From the NCBI GenBank assembly GCA_051362555.1, contig CM120640.1:7192001-7256000 (forward strand): a stretch of 64,000 bases of DNA, in the 5' to 3' direction. Positions 54,338-64,000 of the stretch are shown here, in pieces. Source of the stretch: Lingula anatina (lineage: Eukaryota; Animalia; Brachiopoda). The notes beneath the pieces were generated by a model. That model worked only from the letters and a program-made list of their open reading frames with translations. It had not been told where the DNA came from and made no database searches. Each line of letters starts with the position of its first letter. Within the stretch, counting starts at the first letter, position 1. The translations under genes were made by a program, and so were the position numbers.

Positions 54338-55287
54338 TAAGTTAACATTGTAATGAAATTTGATGGTAACAAACCTCAATTGAATGGCCAAAAGCATAAA
54401 TTTACAAAGTACACAATATAAAGGTATGATGAGTCTTTTTGCAGATTAGATGAGCACAGTTCAATGCTTTCCCCAGGTATACAAAATGATTACGATAATT
54501 ACTCGATATTTTCAACAGGGGAAATTGTGAATTTTACAGATACTGTCAGAATGTCTTAAAATTCCAACATTCCTATTGAGTAATAGCAACAAAAGTGAAA
54601 AGCAAGTTTAACTATATCTCTATTCCACATGGTAAAAGCACCCAAATGCTATATAGAAATATATTTTATTTTTAACTTATGTATCTGAAAGTTTAATAAT
54701 TTTTGCCCACTAAAAAGATTTAATAATTCCTGCACTGTGTGACCTGGGGCCAGTTTCACAACATAATTTTAAACCAAAATGTGGTCTAAACTTGAAAATC
54801 ACAATTTTGCTATACTTTGTAACTAGATAAATCGGTGTAAGTCCAACTGGGTGAAATATCTTCTTTCCTAAATCAGATAAGACCTGGCACAATATTGTCT
54901 TTGTTTCAGTACTCAGATGAATTTATCTGGTATGAACTGAAGTAGAAAAACTTGTAGTTCCCAGGTACTGAATACTATGCCTCCTCCCAACAACATGAAA
55001 CAAAATTTAACCATAGCAAAGACTGTGAAAGAATTAAGCAGTTTTATGAATGTCAAAGGGGTGCGTGCCTTTGTTTTTTCTTTATTAAAAATGTTTTGAC
55101 TTTCATAATAAACATTTCTCAAAGTTGACATGGATGTTTAAGGTACATTCCATGGGTTTGAAAATCCCCCAAATGCTTATTTTTGCCATCCACAGCTATA
55201 TAAAACCTTACACCTTACAAATGATTTAAGCCCTTAATAATTTTTTTTTCTGGAGCATACTTGATGTCGTTATTTTTATTGGAGCTT

Positions 55288-55636
55288 AGACTGGGTTCCC
55301 ATCTCTAGATCGATCTAACAGGATCAGTGCATCTCCACAGGGTCCCTTGTTAAATTGCTTTCAGCCCAAGCAGCTTAGACGTCTGGGACGCCCACTAAAG
55401 CTGCTAACAGAATCGGTCCACCTCCATGGGGTCCCTCATTAAATTGCTTTCAGCCCAAGTGGCTTCGACATCTGGGACACCCACTAAAGCTGCTAAACAA
55501 TAGTAAGTTACCTCCCATCATCCTCAGCAGGCATGACAGACATATAAGCAGCCCAAGTTAATTGAAATTAAGCAAGAATCCCCTCGGAGATAGTTAGATC
55601 CAAAGTTAGTACAATAAGGTCTGGGAATGGTCTCTT
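55288..55636. mobile_element. Related MITE-like element with internal ~75-bp direct repeat
   Basis: TTCCCA..TAGATCGATCTAAC start, GTTAGATC..TGGGAA end; CTCCA..GGGTCCC..TTAAATTGCTTTCAGCCCAAG..CCCACTAAAGCTGCTAA twice (~55333, ~55421). Confidence 0.45.
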
Positions 55637-56173
55637 AGAAAAATGGTTGCTGGTTATAATGTATGGGCGGCCAAAAGGGCAAAAATTCATGTCGTCGATT
55701 CAGTCATGTTTTTTGTCGATTCACTGCCTTCCCATCGATTCAGTTTCAAGTTTAAACGATCCTGTCATAAATTCAACATCTACTTTCGTCAATTCAACTG
55801 TCAAACATTTCTCATCTATGGTGTATTAAAACCAATGCTGTCACTATTTTCGTCGATCGTGTAACTAATCTCGTGGTGCACAACGGCTTTACGGTAAAAG
55901 GTCCACTTTTTACAAAAGGACACACACACCCCACTTTGAAACTGCTGGCTATAGGCCTGCTTTGCCAAAACCTTTTTTCAGTCTGCTAACTCTTTGGGCC
56001 ACCAGGGTATGATAATATTTAGGCTCAAAGCAGAGACAGTGGCCAATATCTGATAAAATTTACAAAAATCCACCAGCCCTGCTTTAATTTTAATTTGCAT
56101 TTAACATGGGCCCAGCCACTGGGCCCTAACTAAATGCTGCAGACCTGCTAATTAAATCTGTCTTAACAACGTG

Positions 56174-56776
56174 TCATCTATGCCCTGCTTTAGTCCTACT
56201 GTTTCTGCCAGTGTGAGTCTTTGCAGTAGGCTGTGACTCTCCACTCCCTGTATGGTGCTTAGAGCCCTTCTTGCCAATCATGGTCCTCAGCATTTGTATT
56301 ATGGCAGTGGGGGCAACATTCATTCGTAATAACTCCACTAAAATTCTGAATAAAAAATATTCAATTTTATATAATACTTGCAATATTATATAATAAATAT
56401 TTGTAAACTTAAAGAAGCACATAGTTTTGTTCTTACTGATTAGCCTTTAGAAGATGATGAAATTTTGATTACGTACAGGAATGATGCTAAAAAAGCCCTT
56501 GTTGAATAACTTAGCACTGAATCTCAATTGGATTTTTAAAATTCAATATTACATATTGATAAAATTATTTATCATCATTACACATATTTTACATTTCATT
56601 AAAGATTTCATGCATAATACACATATAATTAAGACTTACTTAAAGACTTCGGGATCTATTAATATTCCTGCTTGGTTTGCTAATTCATATAATTCAGATT
56701 CTTCCAGGGACAACACATTTTTACTCAGCAAGGTGAACTTTAGAGTTCTTGCTTGGTTCTCTTGTGGAGTGCTCAT
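56174..56776 (-). CDS. MZT2: Mitotic-spindle organizing protein 2 (MOZART2/GCP8), 102 aa
   Basis: Exons 56776-56640 and 56345-56174 (309 nt): KNVLSLEESELYELANQAGILIDPEVFKILVELLRMNVAPTAIIQMLRTM. An acceptor near 56811 suggests an upstream non-coding exon. Confidence 0.9.
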
Positions 56777-57879
56777 TGCTTTCTATCCAAAATAACGAAC
56801 TCCTTTAAATCTAATGATAAAGAAAAAAGAGCTATTTAAGAGTTGTCCATCTGAAAATATTAATTCCACTTTAGATTCAACTAGCGCTCTACAGCCCATT
56901 CATATATAATGAGTTGAAAGTTCTTTTGTAAGAGCACAGAAAAATACTTAAGTAAATTGCTAAACTTATTCATTTGAATAGCTCAGATATTGATCAAAGT
57001 AACGTACTTGGTCATATAACTGAATTTAGCACAATGTTGAGTGTGCTAACACTCTTATTTATGGTTTATGATATGAATCTACATTAGTGCATATAGTAAA
57101 TATTGGAAACTGTAAATAAGAGTGCTGATCAAAGACAAAGACATGAGGATGGAGGAAAGGGTAACTGATACATCTGTACATATCACCGTGTCAGTGACAT
57201 GTATACTAAGTATTGCTACCACCGTGGTATAGACAGAGTTAGAATAATTTTTAGAAAATATTTATACAAAAAATATACGGTTCAGCTATCGCTAAAGTTG
57301 CAACTGCAGCATCACGGACTGATGCAGGTGATTGCTAAATCAACAGTCTGCAAATAACTGATAATCGTGACTTGTATTAGAATAAATAACTTTAAGATAT
57401 CATTAACAAGTGCCTGATAGAATATTACAAATTTTGACATAATTCAAAAGGCGATAGCGTGTTTTTAAAACAAGCACTCCTTCAGCCTTTAGTTACAGGA
57501 GTTAAATTCAACCTGAAAACCCTTCAGATGAATTCCCCTTCTAAACATGATTATTATCATCTGTTTACCATCTAGAGATCTCAAATGTTGGCTCCACAGG
57601 AAACGGACCACTTTACATTTCTGAAAATAATACGCGATTTACTCAACTACCTATAAAGTAGGAAAGACGACCACATTTTAAAAGTAATTTAGGACAGATT
57701 TATTCCCCATCAACCATATTTGCGATATAACAAGGCTAACTCTGAAAATGGCGACAGTAATCTTACCGATAGGTACATGTTGAGCTTATTATTTAGGCGT
57801 TGTGATATCCGATGAAAAATAGGTAAACAGGCCTAGTTGCCATTTTGCTTTTCGCGAGGGAGGAGTTTCCCCTCGTAAC

Positions 57880-59844
57880 ATGACAGACTCTAAAACTATG
57901 CCATCATCGGATTCTTACAAAGGTTGGCTGTATAAATGGACGAACTACATCAAGGGCTACCAAAAGAGGTGGTTTGTCCTCCAGAATGGTTTGCTGTCGT
58001 ACTACAGGTGTGTGACTCAACCAGAGTGCATATGTGCGGTGGCGCACTGGATACTGCCAACTCATCTAAATTTCTTCACGATTAGTTATCCGATGTGGTT
58101 TTTGTATCTGATAGTGTCTGTCACACGTGTTTAAGAGCTCATGTTGGAAGTTTTATTGCAATCGGTATTTGTGATTTATACCTGACAAAGCACTTTTTTG
58201 GAATACCTTGATTAAATGTAGAGCCACAGTACAGTCATAGATCTACCGGCACACAACGTCACTAGTCTGTATCCTTATTCTCACTGTACTTATTTTGTCT
58301 AGTCCCCTGTTTCTCAAAATATGATTTAGGCTTGTGTTAAGCTGTATACTTAGGGACCAACTCAGTGAAGTCCTTATTTTGATTTTGGTAAAATAGTCTT
58401 TCATATCTTGAGTACCTGAAATGGACTGCTGATGTCACCACTATGATAATATCAGTGTCAGGATAACCAGAATTTAGCCCCAGGAAGGTATTTTAAGATT
58501 GGAAAAATGGGATCGGTGGCTATTGAGAATTTTTGTGAAATGCATCTTAGTTGGCTATAATACCCCGTTCACACTACAGTTGCAAAAATGCGCATTTCTA
58601 TAATCCGAATTTTTCGTGAGGAATTCGATTCGGTATTGCGTTCACACACGCTAAGCGAAACCAAATTACACGTTGAAAATTTCAGGTTTAACTTCCTGTT
58701 TTGAACTCTCGCGCATGTGCCGCACAGGAAATCTTAAAATACCAACAAAAATGTGTGACGACAAATGCAACTCTAAAGACATTCTAGCATTCTTGAGAAG
58801 TATAAGATGGCAAAATAAGTTTGTTTCCTCATGTTGTAGTGAGTGGTGACCTCCAAATACGTTTGGTGCAATCGCTAAAGTAATAAACAAGCGTTCATAG
58901 ATACCCGCACTTATCTGCACACATGCGCAGTTAGATCTGTACAGGTGTCGATTCCGGTAAGTTATCCGGATCACGCTTAGAAATCCACCTCGCTTGCAGG
59001 ATTTTGAAAATGCGCATTACAAAAATCCTCTTGCGTTCACACTACTGCATTTATTCGAATTGTGACCTAATTCGCAATTTATCCGGATAACTGAGCGTAG
59101 TGTGAACGGGGTATAAGTCTTTGCTTTAACCCATTTTCCAATTTTTTTTTCATTTGTGGCACAGGGTTGAGATTGCAAGGTACATTTGTCATCGGTTTTG
59201 TTATTTTGATTGTTTTAATCTTTCTAGGATGATATTAAATGAAAAAAGCTGTAACATTAAAAAATGTCAATGTTTATATATAGAGAAGTCATGTAGTTTA
59301 GTGCACTAGCGAAGTTGCTTACCTTTGATACATGTATGCATGTGCACACAAAGGATTTTTTTAATCTCTTACATGTAATATCTATGACATCCTCCCTGAA
59401 GTTATAAAATGTGTCACTAGTCTTGAATTCTTATCAACAAAGTTTCAAATACACTTCCTACTTATTTGAAGGAATTACAAAGAACAATAAATGAATAAAG
59501 AAAGAAAAAGAAATGAACTTTTCTTTTCTGCCAAAGTGGATTATGATTCTACATGAAAAAATTGTACATGTCAAAATATGTATGATTTGAAAAATTCATG
59601 GTTATGTAATGGTAACATCTACCTTATTAATCTTGCAGGAATCAGGCGGAAATGGCCCACACATGTAGAGGAACCATAAATTTAGCCAATGCCTTCATCC
59701 ACACAGAAGACTCGTGTAGTTTTGTCATATCCAATGGTGGTACTCAAACATATCACCTTAAAGCAAGTTCTGAGGTGGAGAGACAGAAATGGGTGACAGC
59801 ATTAGAACTGGCCAAAGCAAAGGCGATAAGAATGATGGAATCTG
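57880..59844 (+). CDS. OSBP: Oxysterol-binding protein 1-like, first two exons (PH domain); continues beyond the window
   Basis: Exons 57880-58007 and 59639-59844: [29 protein letters not shown]|[42 protein letters not shown]. Confidence 0.93.
58561..59113. mobile_element. PIF/Harbinger-type MITE (553 bp) in OSBP intron 1
   Basis: 17-bp TIR TACCCCGTTCACACTAC / GTAGTGTGAACGGGGTA; TAA on both sides; internal GCGTTCACAC subrepeats. Confidence 0.85.
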
Positions 59845-59955
59845 GTATGTTGATGGAATGAATGAATTGGTATATTATTTAGAAATTTTTGATCAAAGTT
59901 GCACCTGATCAGTTGATTGTTTTGTTTTTTTATATAACTTAGCTTGCTCTCATAT

Positions 59956-60049
59956 GTGTTGATGTGACCAATAAAGAGTCACTGCTTTGAATACAATCAA
60001 GAGTGTTGATGTGACCAATAAAGAGTCACTGCTTTGAATACAATCAAGA
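59956..60049. repeat. 47-bp tandem duplication
   Basis: GTGTTGATGTGACCAATAAAGAGTCACTGCTTTGAATACAATCAAGA twice. Confidence 0.9.
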
Positions 60050-60752
60050 TGTTTTAGTTTGCTTAAATTAGATAGGGTTGCATTTTAAGTATATCTTTTT
60101 AATTAATTTTTTAAAAACCTGTATAGCTCAGGGTGTGTATGTTTTATTGAAAGTAAGGATTTTGTCTGGTGCTTGTTTTATATTAAAGGGGAATGTCATT
60201 TTTCTGTAGCCTACAATGTATAAAATGGTAATTTTTAGTCACTTGTAGTCCTTCTCTGTGGATTTTGGTCATTTCAGGGATTAATGAAAAGAGCAGGAGT
60301 TAACTATTTTTTATTGACATTCCTCTTTAAGCTGCTGTGTTTTTAATCAAATTGTCTTAATTATTTCATTACCCCCAAAGTTACGCCATTAAATCATCTG
60401 TTTTCTAAAAATTTAACCTATGACCAGTTCTTGTTCTGACACATGAGCTCTTATGATTGCTTTGTAGGGTTTCAATTCAATAAGTCAGGTGAATAATACC
60501 TTTCTCATTACTGTGGGGTCAGAATGACAGATTTGCCTGGTGAATAATCTTGATTAATTTATGTATTGTGTTTAAAGTAAGATCTGTGCTTTATTTTTTG
60601 TGCCTTCATATGTTTCACTAAATAGAGATTTAAGGTTCCACTTAGGCTGCAAATTGTGTCCCTTAAATTTTGATGGTAATAATAAGGTCCAATATAGGAA
60701 TTCTGAGAAAAATTTCTATATATAACACACACACACACACATTATATTTAGC

Positions 60753-61094
60753 AACTAGAAAAGCACTCTGAGAGTGCAGACCTCTGCCAAGGCAGCAAAG
60801 TCTCCACCCAATGCCGTTTCACCCCTAAATTTTCATTCTATAATGATTTAGTTTTTTTATTTTTGATTATTGATTGATTATTGATCCGGATCACCACCAA
60901 AAACTAATAATCTGTTCCTTGACCCACTTCTGACAGTTCTTCTATAATGATTTAGTTTTTTGATTTTTGATTATTGATTTCTGACAGTTCCTGAAAATTT
61001 CATCAAAATCAATCCATAACTTTTTGAGTTATGTTGATGACAAACAAACAAACAAACAGGGGTGAAAATATAACCTCCTTGGCGGAGGTTATAA
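60753..61094 (-). mobile_element. HINE family C (short DINE-1/pearl-like element)
   Basis: Minus strand: ATAACCTCCGCCAAGGAGGTTAT palindrome/subTIR, (GTTT)n microsatellite, 3' inverted CCTTGGCAGAGGT, hairpin GCACTCT-C-AGAGTGC, end TTTTCTAGTT. Confidence 0.8.
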
Positions 61095-61362
61095 TAACTA
61101 TAAATATCATAAATATAGAGTCTTGATTATTATAAAATGATTTATTATCATAATTACTTCTCTGTTTATATATTTTAATCATCAGGTGTTACTGAACCAT
61201 TCACACATTGACAACAGTATTGCCCCTCATTTTGAGGTGCAAAAACATTACAAATCTCTCTTAGAATTTAGTTTATAGTGCCAATCTTAAGTAATAAAAC
61301 AAATATTTCTCTTTTTTTGCTTCTCAGTCACTCAACATACACCCCGACAGAGCTATATTGTT

Positions 61363-63673
61363 TATTAGTACCACCAGCGTGTACGCTGGCGGTACTCATG
61401 GTTTTAGTCCCGACCCGTCTCGTACAGCTCCGCCGGCTCCTGCGGCTCCTGCGGCTCCTGCGGCTCCGCAGGATGGCGTGGGATACAAGTCACCGTTACC
61501 GCTTCTCCTCCTAGACCGCAAGGACCTGTGTCCCCATCTCTTGGATTTTGGTCACATATAATCTCAACTTGAACCCCCTGGGTTTTTTGTCTCAGTCGGT
61601 GCATTGGCCTGGGCGTGGCACTCTTTATAACGCACCCTTGTCAAAATTTTTGAAAATTCAATGCTAAATATCTCCCATACTGAAGGAATTATGTGAAAAA
61701 TTTCTACAGATGGCTGACCGAAAGTCATATGTGGAGATTTCAAATATGCCCTTGGATTTGACCTTTGACCTTTATTTCAAGGTCAAACGGGCCAAAATTT
61801 TCTAAAAATGGGATTTTTTTGCAAAAAAATTATTATTTTATGCCGATTTTCAGAAACTTCACAGATCTAACTTATAATATTATGGACAGGTGTTACCCTT
61901 AGGGTCTTCTTTCATCTTCGTGATTTTGGGGTCAATCGGTGCATTTTCACGGGCGTAGCGGCCATTAGATGCCAAAACTGAAAACTCTCTCAAATTCTGG
62001 AACTGTTAATGCCAGAGACCTCTTGTTTTTTTCATTTTGTAGAGCTTGTCAAGCACAACACTGAAGGTGGTGTCCGTTTTTTGTTTTCGATACGGCTTAC
62101 GCATTGTACTATATCGACAGTTCAACATCCAATATTTAGTGGTGAAAATAAAATGTGAAATACTACAAAATTAGCAGAGATATGCCCATAGTTACTATTG
62201 AACTTGAATAGGAAGTCATATACTTGTAATCTAACTGACTTGAAATTGACCTTTGACCTACTTTTTATGATGAACTGCACTTAGCAAGTTTTCTGATTTT
62301 TATATCTCCAAAACTGGCAAAGATATGCCCATAGTTACTGTTGAACTTGAATAGGAAGTCATATACTGGCAATCTAACTGTGATCCTGAAATTGACCTCT
62401 GACCTACTTTACACCATGAACTGAACTTTACAAATATTCTAGCCCTTATATCTCTTAAACTGGCAAAGATACGCCCATAGCTACTGTTGAACTTGAGTAG
62501 GAAGTCATATACTGGCAATCTTACTGTGACCTTTAAATTGACCTCTGACCTACTTTTCACCATGAACTGAACTTTGCAAAATTTTGTTCCCTTTTATCTC
62601 CAAAACTGGCAGAGATAGGTCCATAGTTACTATTGAACTTGAATAGGAAGTCATATACTGGCAATCTAGGAGTGACCTTTAAATTGACCTTTGACCTAAA
62701 TTTCATCATGAATTGAACTTTGCAAATTTTGGTTCCCTTTTATTTCCAAAACTGGCAGAGATAGGTCTATAGTTACTATTGAAGTTGAATAGGAAGTCAC
62801 ATACTGGCAATTTATCTGTGACCTTGAAATTGACCTTTGACCTACTTTTCACCATAAACTGAACTTTGCAACTTTTTTAATGCTTATACTTTCAAAACTG
62901 GCAAAGATACGCCCATAGCTACTGTTGAACTTGAGTAGGAAGTCATATACTGGCAATTCACTGTGACCTTAAAATTAACCTTTGACCTACTTTTTACCAT
63001 GAACTGAACTTTGCAAATTTCCATTCCCTTTTATCTCCAAAACTGGCAGAGAAAGGTCCATAGTTACTATTGAACTTGAATAGGAAGTAATACACTGGCA
63101 ATCTAACTGTGACCTTGAAATTGACCCTTGACCTAATTTTTATGATGAACTGCTTTTTGCATGTTTTCTGGCCTTTATATCTGCGAAACTTGAAAAAAAA
63201 TGCCTATGGTTACTATTGAACTTGAATAGAAATTCATATACTATGATGTTGAAATTGACTTTGACCTACTTTTTCACCATGAACTGAGCTTTGCATATTT
63301 TCTTGCTCCTCATATCTTCAAAACTAGCAGAGATGTGCCCGGTGTTGCCCCTAGGTTTTCTCTTTTGTCAGCATATATGCACCACTGACAACACATTTTA
63401 AGGAAAACCAATAGGCCTTTTGTCTAGAGAATCACAGGAGTGATCAATGGTAGGAAAATGCAGGTCAGTTCGAAAATCTGCTTGATTGTACCATTTTTAT
63501 TCATATTTTTTGGCATATTTTGAGAACTCTTGTTGATTGCATTTTATAGAGCTTGTCAAGCACAATACTGGTGATGGTGTCCCTTTTTTTTGGGGGGGGG
63601 TCTATACGAATGCGCTTACTCCAGCTGGTGGTACAATATCCGGAGGCGGTATCGCCTCTCTGATCCTCTAGTT
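61363..63673 (+). mobile_element. HINE family A, copy 3 (longest), in OSBP intron 2
   Basis: 5' hairpin AGTACCACCAGCGT-GT-ACGCTGGCGGTACT, (CGGCTCCTG)n, ~8 monomers of 146 bp (62331, 62477, 62623...), 3' GCTGGTGGTACAAT, GAGGCG-GTAT-CGCCTC hairpin, CTAGTT. Confidence 0.88.
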
Positions 63674-64000
63674 CAGTATGTGTAGTTAGTATTCTTAGAG
63701 GTTTGTGCCCATACACAACCAGTTTTGGTGAAAGTTTCTGTGCACTCAAAATTTGTAAACAGGGGGCCCACTGTCCCCCAGACTGTGTTTGGAATCCATA
63801 TGCTACACTGATCATTATTTTCTGCATCTTCCAATTACATTCAGATGATTATCAATATCTTGTTGACATTGTATTGGCACTTGGAAAATTTACGGCATGC
63901 TAGGACAGGTTAATAGCCAGCATTTAATTCTGCTCACTAGTTATCTAAGGTAAGCATGATTATTAAGGTGATGATGTACTAGTAGATAATGCCATTGATT

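Overview
AT-rich, intron-rich animal genomic DNA, probably a marine invertebrate (phylum not determinable from sequence). The first ~18 kb is a stack of nested transposons: decayed Gypsy LTR retrotransposon, MITEs, Helentron-type non-autonomous elements carrying tandem arrays, and a young RTEX-like LINE with intact ORF2. This stack probably lies in a large intron of a TRANK1-like gene whose last 7 exons follow (18.5-27.2 kb). From 29 to 60 kb is a compact block of housekeeping genes containing three head-to-head pairs: C11orf54-like(-)/short tRNase Z(+), NCBP3(-)/VMP1(+), then GLTP(+), then MZT2(-)/OSBP(+, runs off the window). Most notable: (1) VMP1 appears to carry an in-frame N-terminal SAP/HeH nucleic-acid-binding domain; (2) the tRNase Z has plant/Thermotoga TM-type motifs rather than animal ELAC1-type motifs; (3) three Helentron-type families share one architecture and two share an internal repeat monomer. 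Exon coordinates were read by eye from splice sites and frame continuity. Gene names come from recalled family motifs, not database searches.
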